From Candidatus Hermodarchaeota archaeon (lineage in GTDB: Archaea; Asgardarchaeota; Hermodarchaeia; Hermodarchaeales; Hermodarchaeaceae): a stretch of DNA of 57,052 nucleotides. A program made the translations under genes and the position numbers. Positions 48,502 through 57,052 of this stretch are shown piece by piece. The stretch is taken from assembly GCA_016839365.1 (NCBI GenBank), contig JAEOUH010000033.1:1-57052 (forward strand), written 5' to 3'. Position 1 is the stretch's first letter; every line of letters begins with the position of its first letter. The notes under the pieces were generated by a model that did no database searches, was not told where the DNA came from, and saw nothing but the letters and a program-made list of their open reading frames with translations.

Positions 48502-48951
48502 CTAATCAAGTTGCATTATCTTCGGTTCAACATGCACGGTGCTGGCCACTGATCGGGTTACCTGACAGTATTTCTTGCTCAAGGCTACTGCTCGTTTGAC
48601 TTGTGCAAGCTTTGCTTCTTTGGGTATTATGATGTTCATGGTAACGTAAATGTCAGTGAAATGCCATCCTCCTTCAGGATGCGGACGTAGTATGGCCCGT
48701 CCCAAAGCCTGATGGGCAGTCAGTGGTTGTTTCATACGTTTCATCATAGTGGCAAAAGTTGTGATGTAACATCCGGTGACTGCTGACACAAAGAGATCCT
48801 GTGGTGAATAAGCATCGTGTTTCCCCTCCCAATGAACAGGTGAGCTCAGAGGTAACTCCGTTTTCTCATCTAAGTTAATGGTGCCTTCCTTACCTCCAGT
48901 CCAAGTGACAATTACATCAAATTCAATAGTTTTCGGTGTCTCGTCACTCAT
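48502..48951 (-). CDS. OsmC/Ohr family protein
   Basis: SPQDLFVSAVTGCYITTF and KYCQVTRSV two-Cys motifs; start placed at ATG 48951. Confidence 0.88.
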   Translation of the reverse strand: MSDETPKTIEFDVIVTWTGGKEGTINLDEKTELPLSSPVHWEGKHDAYSPQDLFVSAVTGCYITTFATMMKRMKQPLTAHQALGRAILRPHPEGGWHFTDIYVTMNIIIPKEAKLAQVKRAVALSKKYCQVTRSVASTVHVEPKIMQLD

Positions 48952-49106
48952 TGATAATCCCTTTCTCGGCACTGACTTAGTTGAGGTTTTTAGCTCTTCG
49001 GGAGATTCGAACCACTTGTAAAGATGCAATTGCGAAAGAAGTATTAGGTATCCTGTTTGACAGAATGTGTAATTTAAAGAGAATTAGAATCATTGAGGAA
49101 CTTACG

Positions 49107-50228
49107 ATGACAGGAAGTTTCGCTAATATGGACCCCTTGGAGGTGCAAAAGGGCTTCCGAGATGCTGAGCTAGCTCGGAAAGCGGCGCAGAGGATCAAAG
49201 AACTAGCGAAGACGCGTCCCTTCAAGTTTATGCACCTGTGTGGAACACACGAGTATACTATTACACATTCAGGGCTTCGCCAGCTGTTACCCGAGAACGT
49301 GGAATTAATCGCTGGTCCAGGATGTCCTGTGTGTGTCTGCCCACCTGAAGATGTCGCATTGGCAATTATGGTGGCAAAGCAGCCCAATGCCCTACTCACC
49401 ACTTACGGGGATATGATGCGGGTCCCAGCAGGCGACCTTGGATCATTGAATACATCACGCACCAAAGGAGCCAATGTGCAAGTCGTTTACAGTATGATGG
49501 ATGCCATTATCGCCGCCAAAGAACACCCCGACAAAGAAGTCGTCCATTTTGCAATTGGCTTTGAAACGACCACACCTCCAACCGCTGCAGAAATTCTGGG
49601 AGATCCCCCCGCAAATTTCAGCGTCTTGGTGAGCCATCGTCTCATTCCACCCGCTGAAGAGTTTCTGCTTGAGCAAGGCGAGGTCGGATTGCACGGTTTT
49701 CTTTTACCAGGTCATGTATCTGTCATCATTGGTGAACAGGGATATGAGCACATATCCAAACGATGGAAAGTCCCTCAGGTTATTGCCGGGTTTGAACCCT
49801 TAGATGTGTTACTCGCCCTTGTGATGTTGTTACAGCAAGTCGAAGATGGCCGTGGAGAAGTTGAAAATGAATACACGCGGGCCGTCACCTTCGAAGGGAA
49901 TGTCCGCGCCCGAGAAATGATCGAGCAGGTGTTTGAGCCAGTAGACTCACGGTGGCGTGGAATTGGTGTCATTCCAGAGTCGGGTCTAGCCTTACGTGAA
50001 GAATACATGAATTTCGATGTACGAACACGGTTTGAGATAGAAGTGGAACCGCAAAAATATGAAATGCCTCCTGGATGCAAATGCGGTGAGGTGCTCCGTG
50101 GTATTATGCGGCCTGAAGAATGTCCACTCTTTGGGAACAAGTGTATACCGGAAAACCCAATTGGACCCTGTATGGTTTCTATGGAGGGGACTTGCAGTGT
50201 TGTTTATGGAGCGCAGATGGTTCCTTAG
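49107..50228 (+). CDS. hypD: [NiFe]-hydrogenase maturation protein HypD
   Basis: MHLCGTHE, GPGCPVCV, GFETT, PGHVS, CKCGEVLRG, PEECPLFG..C.PENPIGPCMVSMEGTC. Confidence 0.97.
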   Translation: MTGSFANMDPLEVQKGFRDAELARKAAQRIKELAKTRPFKFMHLCGTHEYTITHSGLRQLLPENVELIAGPGCPVCVCPPEDVALAIMVAKQPNALLTTYGDMMRVPAGDLGSLNTSRTKGANVQVVYSMMDAIIAAKEHPDKEVVHFAIGFETTTPPTAAEILGDPPANFSVLVSHRLIPPAEEFLLEQGEVGLHGFLLPGHVSVIIGEQGYEHISKRWKVPQVIAGFEPLDVLLALVMLLQQVEDGRGEVENEYTRAVTFEGNVRAREMIEQVFEPVDSRWRGIGVIPESGLALREEYMNFDVRTRFEIEVEPQKYEMPPGCKCGEVLRGIMRPEECPLFGNKCIPENPIGPCMVSMEGTCSVVYGAQMVP

Positions 50229-50562
50229 GTTTATTCGAATGAGTTGCGGGAATGGTTTTCTGAAATCCTGGACTCTGAACCCATTTTTCTGCTAGCCGTT
50301 CAACTTCAACCACCTTTTCTCGGAGATAGCGGTCGACAATGATCTCTTGTCGAATATTTGAAATCCCTTTATTTTGCCAGAAGGTGTCCCGGATTTTTGG
50401 TGTGATTGATTGTGGAGTGTTGGTATTATCTTGCTCTAAGGTAAACCGGGCTAATTGTGCAGCGAGGAGCTTTGAGTCGGTGTAGAGAATTCTACCACGA
50501 ATCCAGAGTCGACATTTAGCACGTCCTACGCAAGGACCATTTGCAGTTGGGCAAAACACCAC
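50179..50562 (-). CDS. Hypothetical protein with N-terminal Cys motif (CP-x4-PC-x5-C)
   Basis: VFCPTANGPCVGRAKCRLW; fills the gap between hypD and the next gene and overlaps the hypD 3' end. Confidence 0.55.
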   Translation of the reverse strand: MVFCPTANGPCVGRAKCRLWIRGRILYTDSKLLAAQLARFTLEQDNTNTPQSITPKIRDTFWQNKGISNIRQEIIVDRYLREKVVEVERLAEKWVQSPGFQKTIPATHSNKPKEPSALHKQHCKSPP

Positions 50563-50635
50563 AATAGATCACCGAAAGGTATCGTCGCAAGGCCAAAGAT
50601 GAGATAAAACTCTTCTTATGATGGTTTCATGTCCG

Positions 50636-51553
50636 TTAGCCAATAGGCCAGTAGATATCTTCTGATGCCGTTGTCGCTTCAGCAAGATCACGCATCAATG
50701 TCATGAGGGTGAAGATGTCATAATTGATGCCTTCTCCGATTGTGACAAATCGTTGCGATTCATTTGTGAATGCTGTTTCAGGACGCCAATCGGAAGGCCA
50801 AGAAGGAACTGTTTCTAGTTGAATGATGGTTTGTTTTAAGCCATCAACACAGGTGACAATCAGGGGGACAGTTGGGAGTCGTAGAAGATAGCTCTCAGGT
50901 CGTAGGATATCGTCGATGCCGCTCCGCACGACTTGGATGGGAGGAAAGAAGCGTTTTCCCACCTCGCGTTCGATGGGAAATGGGATGAGTTGTTCAAGGG
51001 TGGCTACATCACGAAGGCTCAAAGAGCGAGTCTCCAAGGATTCACGTAGCAGCACCGACGCGGTAATAAGATCATTAGGTTTGGTAGCATGAGCTGGAAG
51101 GGTCGGTGCAGGCCCACGGGATGCGTTGAAGGCACCATCTGGATTGAAACCTTCATGTGTGATACCTGGATGGCTAGGATTGAGCGTCAACCATAAAGCA
51201 AATGGCAAGATAGGAGGCTGACTTGTGAAAATCGTGAGTTTGAGCTTATTGGAGAAAGGTCTTGTAAGATATAGGGTGTTGAAAGGTTCTTTTGACGAAA
51301 GGGGAACAACTAGCGTATAACCGCTGAAATCAATGGGCTCTGGCGTTTTTCCACGCATCTCTAAATCTACTGTAGCTTCAGAATATGATTTGATGCGGTC
51401 TAAGGCGTTGGGCATTAGGAGAAGATGGGGAGGTTCTTTAGTGTAGGGTTTGAGTTGTTCGAGGAAGGAGGAGAGTAATTGATTATGCTGATCGGTAGCT
51501 ACACGGTCTAAGAGTTTGAATAACGCTGGCTCTTGTTTTCGTAGACTTTCCAT
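50636..51553 (-). CDS. Hypothetical protein
   Basis: 305-aa ORF, ATG start, 37 nt downstream of aor on the same strand; no motif recognised. Confidence 0.7.
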   Translation of the reverse strand: MESLRKQEPALFKLLDRVATDQHNQLLSSFLEQLKPYTKEPPHLLLMPNALDRIKSYSEATVDLEMRGKTPEPIDFSGYTLVVPLSSKEPFNTLYLTRPFSNKLKLTIFTSQPPILPFALWLTLNPSHPGITHEGFNPDGAFNASRGPAPTLPAHATKPNDLITASVLLRESLETRSLSLRDVATLEQLIPFPIEREVGKRFFPPIQVVRSGIDDILRPESYLLRLPTVPLIVTCVDGLKQTIIQLETVPSWPSDWRPETAFTNESQRFVTIGEGINYDIFTLMTLMRDLAEATTASEDIYWPIG

Positions 51554-51590
51554 GGTTCCATCCTACTTGGATCGCAGGAATCCTTTCTTC

Positions 51591-53435
51591 TTATAAATCA
51601 GCGAGTCCAACTTTTTTAAGGGCAACGGCTGAAGGACGACCCGTCTTCCGATCCCAGTCTCGGTAGGCATAGTAGTCATTTAGTTGTTTTTCAATGTCAG
51701 GAACCATACCGCGCGTTCCACCATCGGGAAGAGGTTGAAGTAGAATTTTGGGGAGCCGGTCATCCTCTGGCGTGAAACCCAGATTGAGGTTGATGAGCCG
51801 TTTCAGTGTGATAATCCGGTCTCCAATATGAAGCAATTCTTGGGGAGTCGTTTTGTGACCAACAACGAAACTATAGAACTGTGCGATCTCACCTACAGTG
51901 AAGGTTGGGAATTGACAAATTATTAACGAGTTGGACACCTGTCGCCAGCTTTGTGACTTAGCTGCAATTTCACCCATACCTTCGTCGGTTTGAGGGTCAT
52001 CAGCGTCGATTCCCAGCTCCATTTGAACCTGGCCTTGGAGAACCATGTACAAATCGCCGTCAAGATGGGTTCCTCCCCTTGGACTCGTAGCATAGCTAGT
52101 CGCCATACCAAAAAGTGCACGGGGATCCCAGCAGGATATTTCAAGACCCTTGACATGGGCCGCTAAGTCTTTGGCATCATAACGTTCTCCCATCGATCGC
52201 ACGCCTTCAGCGAGAATATCACCAAAGCCTTCCCGATGAGCGATCTGCTGGATCAGGTCAATAACTGGACCAGGGTTGCCCCATTCGAGGAGCATCCCTA
52301 CCTCTTTTGATGTCAGCTTATCTTGATCCATAAGGTAGTGGGCAAACCCGATGGAGTTTCCTGTACTAATCGTATCTAAACCCAAGTCATCACATAGGTG
52401 ACTCATTGTTATTACAGCATCGAGGTCATCGATGAGTAGCATAGAGCCCAGTGCTCCGAGTGTTTCGTACTCGGGTCCAGATACTCGAGGAAGTTTGTAT
52501 TTCCCGTCTGGTACTTCAACAACGCGGCCACATTGGATAGGACACCGGTGGCAGCCATCACGACCTACAAGCCGTGTTTCAGACATGGTGGCTCCGCTGA
52601 TGTTGTCATGTGTGGGAAATTCACCTTGAGTGAAGTATTTGTTAGGCATTGAACCGATTTCCTGTGAAGGACCTACTGCAGTTGCTGTGCCCATCCTACG
52701 GTAGCAGTCTGGTATGAAATCTTCCATCATAACTTTGTTTGCTGATCGAGCTAGTTCTACAATTGCACCATGATTTGCCACAGGAACTGCCTGATTTCCA
52801 ACTACGGCCAAGGCTTTGAGGTTTTTACTTCCCATCACTGCGCCAAGCCCCATGCGTCCGGCGGCTCTCCCACCTTCAGACATCATGTTTGCGTATTTGA
52901 CAAGATTTTCACCTGCAGGACCAATACTAAGGGTGAAAAAGCGTTTTTCATTGATGTCTTTACGCACCATTTGTTGCACTGTAGAAATGGTCTGAGTCCA
53001 AAGGTGGTCTGCACTGTGTATTTCTGCATTGCCGTAAAGAAGTGAAAGATAGACGGGCTTTTCTGCTCGTCCTAGAATGAGAATCCCGTCATATCCTGCT
53101 TGTCGCATTTCCGCACCGAAATATCCTCCAATATCCGATTCGCCCCATAACCGAGTTAATGGCGAACGGGCACAAATTGCCATGCGGCCAGAACTGGGCA
53201 CTGCTGTTCCAACACAGGGTCCTGCCATCAACAGCATAGGGTTGTTAGGACCCAACGGTTCGGTTTCCTTCGATAAGAGAGGATAAAGTATCCGGGCTGC
53301 AAGTCCAGCACCACCAATGAACTGGTCAGCCCAATTTAGCGGTGTGGGTGTGTCTTTCAAGATTCCCCTCGATAAATCGATGTGGAGCATTTTTCCGGTG
53401 AAGCCATTTCCCTTCTTCTTTGGCATTGGATTCAT
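51591..53435 (-). CDS. aor: Aldehyde:ferredoxin oxidoreductase (tungsten AOR family)
   Basis: RSPLT, IGPAGENLV, GRAAGRMGLGAVMGSKNLKA, CHRCPIQCG, GPEYET, DDLGLDTIS, HVKGLE, SPRGGTH. Confidence 0.95.
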   Translation of the reverse strand: MNPMPKKKGNGFTGKMLHIDLSRGILKDTPTPLNWADQFIGGAGLAARILYPLLSKETEPLGPNNPMLLMAGPCVGTAVPSSGRMAICARSPLTRLWGESDIGGYFGAEMRQAGYDGILILGRAEKPVYLSLLYGNAEIHSADHLWTQTISTVQQMVRKDINEKRFFTLSIGPAGENLVKYANMMSEGGRAAGRMGLGAVMGSKNLKALAVVGNQAVPVANHGAIVELARSANKVMMEDFIPDCYRRMGTATAVGPSQEIGSMPNKYFTQGEFPTHDNISGATMSETRLVGRDGCHRCPIQCGRVVEVPDGKYKLPRVSGPEYETLGALGSMLLIDDLDAVITMSHLCDDLGLDTISTGNSIGFAHYLMDQDKLTSKEVGMLLEWGNPGPVIDLIQQIAHREGFGDILAEGVRSMGERYDAKDLAAHVKGLEISCWDPRALFGMATSYATSPRGGTHLDGDLYMVLQGQVQMELGIDADDPQTDEGMGEIAAKSQSWRQVSNSLIICQFPTFTVGEIAQFYSFVVGHKTTPQELLHIGDRIITLKRLINLNLGFTPEDDRLPKILLQPLPDGGTRGMVPDIEKQLNDYYAYRDWDRKTGRPSAVALKKVGLADL

Positions 53436-53471
53436 TCCTTCTTAGAATTTGAACCGGAGTAATATTTACAG

Positions 53472-54641
53472 TTAGAAATCTATGGACTTGCCTTCATACA
53501 TATAGTGCCAGAAGCGTTCAATATCCTCGTTTGTCGGTTCGCGACAGTTGAATATATTGACAGCTGATTCTTGAGTGAATCGGATTAAATCATCATAATG
53601 TTTCTCGAATTTCTCCTTTGATATCCCGTAGGCTTTGAGGCTACGTGGAACTTCTAGCTCATCCATTATCTTCCACACAGCATCACGAAGTTTTAAGGTT
53701 GCTTTTATGTCATCGTCCTTTGAATCAGCCACGCCGATTGCCCGGGCAAGTTCACCGTACAAATTAGCACTCGTTTTCAGGGCAAACTCGATGGAGTAGG
53801 GCAGCACTATTCCTACGGTAATTCCATGGGGCATTTTGAAGATGGCACCCATAGCATGTCCAAAGGAGTGTGTGATACCCAAGAAGGAGTTGCTCCATGC
53901 TAATCCGCTGATAGTAGCCGCATTATGCAGTTTTTCACGTGCTTCGGAATCATCCGTGTTTTCATACACTTTGGGTAAATATTCCATGATCATTCGCGTG
54001 GAATGGATGCATAAGGCATTGCTAAAGTCATTCCGCCATTGAACAGTAAAGCCATCGATAGCCTGACCCAGCGCATCCATGCCTGACGACGCAATCACCT
54101 TTGGTGGCAACGACTTTGTTAGCGAGGGGTCTAGAATTGAGATATAGGGAATCAATTCGGGGTGGGTTAGTTCCATCTTATTACCATCCTTAGTATCTGT
54201 AATGACAGCAGCCCAAGTCGCATCAGCACCTGTACCAGATGTCGTTGGGATGGCAACAAGTATCGTTTTTGAAATGGTAATCGGGGTGAGAGGGGTGATG
54301 TCAATAATTGGATGATCCGGATGTTCGTTTAAAATCCGGGCGACTTTTGCGACATCCATCGCCGAACCACCACCCAAACCAATGATAATATCAGGATCAA
54401 ATGCCCGAACTTGCCTTGCACATGCCTGAGCTACTGTATCTGGAGGTTCAGAAGTAATATCATCGAAGTAGGCTACTTCTTTTTCGCTATCTTTCAACTT
54501 TTGCAGAACCTGCTTTAGAACGCCCAATTCTGAAAGGGTTTTATCCGTGACAACAAACACCCGTTGCCCTTCGAGTTCCTTGAGATGATCCAATGCATCT
54601 TCACCAAAGACGATGAGTCGTGGAGACCGGAAATACCACAT
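53472..54641 (-). CDS. Iron-containing alcohol dehydrogenase
   Basis: GLGGGSAMDVAK, IPTTSGTG, GMDAL, GITHSFGH, PHG. Confidence 0.93.
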   Translation of the reverse strand: MWYFRSPRLIVFGEDALDHLKELEGQRVFVVTDKTLSELGVLKQVLQKLKDSEKEVAYFDDITSEPPDTVAQACARQVRAFDPDIIIGLGGGSAMDVAKVARILNEHPDHPIIDITPLTPITISKTILVAIPTTSGTGADATWAAVITDTKDGNKMELTHPELIPYISILDPSLTKSLPPKVIASSGMDALGQAIDGFTVQWRNDFSNALCIHSTRMIMEYLPKVYENTDDSEAREKLHNAATISGLAWSNSFLGITHSFGHAMGAIFKMPHGITVGIVLPYSIEFALKTSANLYGELARAIGVADSKDDDIKATLKLRDAVWKIMDELEVPRSLKAYGISKEKFEKHYDDLIRFTQESAVNIFNCREPTNEDIERFWHYMYEGKSIDF

Positions 54642-54771
54642 AATTTACAACCTCTATCGTTTCATGAAATGATCACGAAGTGAATCCTTCGAGATTTGCA
54701 TTCACTGCTATGTTCCACTAAAAAAGTGAATAGGATAAGGAAATGCTAAGACCCTGTGAGTGCTTCCCAGA

Positions 54772-55179
54772 TTAGAATTCTGTTTTGATCATTTGTGCTG
54801 TTCTAACAAGTTCTTTTGCAGCTCGTGTTGCTCGCATGACTTTGGCACGATCACCGGTCAATTTCATCTTGCGTGTGAGCAGGGCTTTGATTGGATCTAA
54901 TCGACCTTCGATGATTTCCTGCCAGTTCGCTAGTTCACCTTCATAAATGAAAGCGGTTTCTTTTACACCCCGGTTCGATAATAGGGCGTGATCTCTGCAT
55001 TTCCCATGCCACAAATCCATCCACATCACCACCTCTTCATCAAAGCCAGCTTCTTTGTTTGGCCAAACAATGAAGAGGAAGTCACCTTCCCATGTTTCAG
55101 CGGCTTCAGCATAAGCTTCATTTTCGTTGAGGGTTTTAACAAATTGATCTATCCATTCAAGTGTACCAAATTGCACCAA
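54772..55179 (-). CDS. SCP2 sterol/lipid-binding domain protein
   Basis: FGTLEW..N..YAEAA..WEGDF, W..II.GRLDPIKALLTRKMKLTGD. Confidence 0.85.
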   Translation of the reverse strand: MVQFGTLEWIDQFVKTLNENEAYAEAAETWEGDFLFIVWPNKEAGFDEEVVMWMDLWHGKCRDHALLSNRGVKETAFIYEGELANWQEIIEGRLDPIKALLTRKMKLTGDRAKVMRATRAAKELVRTAQMIKTEF

Positions 55180-55312
55180 CTGTTTTCACCGGATTTTTCC
55201 AAGACTTAAAGAGCATTTAGCAAAATATGTGTTTAAATCCTGGGCTTTGTTCGAATAACTTGACCCGAATTGATTAATAGTAAGTGGAAAGGATGTTTGC
55301 AAGTTAAGTGGT

Positions 55313-56119
55313 GTGATTAAGATGGCAAAATATACAATTGTCCAAATATCCGATCTACACGTGGGGGAATCTGGATATCGAAGAGACATGATTGTTTCTG
55401 CGGTTGATGAAATTAACAAGATGAAACCCAACCTAGTGATGGTATGTGGAGACCTCACTTGGAATGGCGTCCGAGAACAATTCAATGAAGCTCGTGATAT
55501 CCTCCAAAATATTGAAGCCCCCATCATATACACGATGGGTAATCATGATGCATCCAATGTGGGCTACTTGATTTTCGAAGAACTCTTTGGACCACGTTTC
55601 GTCCAATACCAAGACGATACTATATTCCTAATGGCGGCAGATAGCTCAGAACCTGACCTAGATACCGGCCATATAGGGCGTGAGGGTAGATCCTTCATTG
55701 ACAAAAGCTTCTCAGACGTCAATGAGGGCCTATTAAAGGTGTTCGCGTTACACCATCACCTTGTTCCGGTACCTCGTTCAGGCCGGGAACGAGATAATAT
55801 GGTGGATTCTGGGGATATGTTGGAGTTATTGATGCATAAGGGTGTTGGTTTGGTGCTGAGTGGTCACCGTCACTATCCGTGGGTATGGCGCCTGGAGAAT
55901 ATGGTGTTAGTGTACTCGGGGACCTGTGGTAGCATTCGACTTCGTGGAAGTCCCTGTCAAAATTATAACATCATCACTATTGGAAAAAGCACACTGGAAA
56001 TTTCCACTAAACTCATTGGTGGTCCTAGTCGACGACGCGGTCGCTATCGATGGGGTAAACGCGGTATCACCTCGCGAAGTGATTATTCTTTGGAATACAA
56101 AGACAATCCTGAAGAATAG
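55313..56119 (+). CDS. Calcineurin-like metallophosphoesterase
   Basis: ISDLH, GDLT, GNHD, LHHH, SGHRH motifs. Confidence 0.93.
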   Translation: MIKMAKYTIVQISDLHVGESGYRRDMIVSAVDEINKMKPNLVMVCGDLTWNGVREQFNEARDILQNIEAPIIYTMGNHDASNVGYLIFEELFGPRFVQYQDDTIFLMAADSSEPDLDTGHIGREGRSFIDKSFSDVNEGLLKVFALHHHLVPVPRSGRERDNMVDSGDMLELLMHKGVGLVLSGHRHYPWVWRLENMVLVYSGTCGSIRLRGSPCQNYNIITIGKSTLEISTKLIGGPSRRRGRYRWGKRGITSRSDYSLEYKDNPEE

Positions 56120-56253
56120 AATAAAGAGAGGAAAGTTATTTCTTCAGTTCTTGCGTTTTCTCCATGACACTAATTTGAGGATTGAATGCTCCCACATTAC
56201 ATAATAGTAAAGAATCGAAGAACCGATGAGGAAGATATTCGAAAAATCTCAAT

Positions 56254-56463
56254 CTATTCTCTTTCTAAAAGGACACCCCATTCAGTGATTCCCACAACCC
56301 TCCAACCATATTTTGCCATCAGATTTGCTGCCTTAATGGGATTCGCTGGTGCGACGCGCTTAAGACCTTCGGCATGAACAAAGACATACCGTGATTGAAT
56401 TTTACCAGGATCAATTTTTCCAGAGAGAATATCTCTATCGTGGAACGTGACTTTTTCATCCAT
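56254..56463 (-). CDS. Small hypothetical protein (DUF4177-like)
   Basis: AANLMAKYGWRVVGI...VLLER C-terminal pattern. Confidence 0.5.
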   Translation of the reverse strand: MDEKVTFHDRDILSGKIDPGKIQSRYVFVHAEGLKRVAPANPIKAANLMAKYGWRVVGITEWGVLLERE

Positions 56464-56742
56464 TTGAGTACCACTTTCCAAAAGTAACGAGGTTTCTACT
56501 TATTAGGCTTATTTTGGAGTAATTATGGATTTTGGCGGAGGATTGGGAAATGAATAGAGTTCTATGTAGCAGAGTAGGCATTTTGAATGACCAACGGAGC
56601 TCCGATTTATTAGTGCAACTTTTATTTAACTACATTTAAGCTCGAACAATGCTTAACGCACGAACAATTAATCGAACGAAAAGAACCGTACACATAATTT
56701 TTTTAAATTCAAAAAATCAGAGAATTCTTGTTGTTCTGAGGA

Positions 56743-57052
56743 ATGAGTGAAGCTAGAGATGGTGGTTTTTCCAATGCCACGGGGGTTGTCCTATATACTG
56801 CGGATATGAAACGATCAGAAAAATTCTACACAGAGATTCTAGGACTGAAGGTCGTGGAGTCGAAACCTTCATTCGTGACCTTGCAAGCAAAGAATCTAAG
56901 ACTATATCTGCACATTGCTGAAAAACCCCCAAAACATATGATGCAAAAAAGGTGAAAATCTTTCAAGTTACGTTTCAGATCGACGACATAGATATGACCT
57001 ACAGGCATCTAAAGCAAGCACAGGGGAACATCACCCACGGGATTGTCAAATA
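56743..57052 (+). pseudogene. VOC/glyoxalase family gene, frameshifted and 3'-truncated by window edge
   Basis: Frame 0 reads VLYTADMKRSEKFYTEILGL and stops at 56955. The -1 frame from 56934 reads TYDAKKVKIFQVTFQIDDIDMTYRHLKQAQG, the second VOC half. Confidence 0.75.

Noticed and set aside
48952-49106. Overlapping N-terminal extensions of osmC (to 49029) and hypD (from 48981)
   Set aside because: Homology starts at the downstream ATGs (48951 and 49107/49128); the interval is better read as a divergent promoter region.
44997-53435. Selenocysteine or pyrrolysine read-through in redox genes
   Set aside because: All these genes appear full length with Cys at the expected motifs; no in-frame TGA/TAG splits a domain.
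1-57052. tRNA/rRNA genes, IS elements, integrases, CRISPR arrays
   Set aside because: None recognised by eye; intergenic gaps are short. A tRNAscan/Infernal run would be needed to exclude small RNAs.

Overview
Gene-dense archaeal chromosomal window. Archaeal markers are two TFBs, A/V-type ATP synthase subunits, Mtd, an FrhB/FpoF-like protein and a tungsten-type AOR. An Asgard-like origin is my inference only. I saw no rRNA, tRNA, CRISPR array or mobile element. Contents: truncated nhaA, mscS, tandem tfb paralogues, a RIO kinase, fdhD, histidine utilisation (hutU-ftcD-hutI plus a separate hutH carrying an ~85-aa insertion), an ABC exporter and a Ca2+-type P-ATPase. These are followed by a scattered ATP synthase gene set (E, H/G, atpZ-like, C, I, K), cysS, a split complex-I-like/group-4 hydrogenase-like cluster (J1/J2-K-L-M-N and A-B-C), mobB, mtd, frhB-like, hypD and an SCP2-ADH-AOR run. 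The standout is the ATP synthase proteolipid gene (30346-33786): one 1146-aa ORF made of 15 fused, diverged c-subunit hairpins. All 15 keep the ion-binding Glu and none has the Na+ signature. This suggests a single-polypeptide c15 rotor ring (5 H+/ATP), longer than the 13-hairpin Methanopyrus kandleri case, with DNA-level traces of recent internal recombination.
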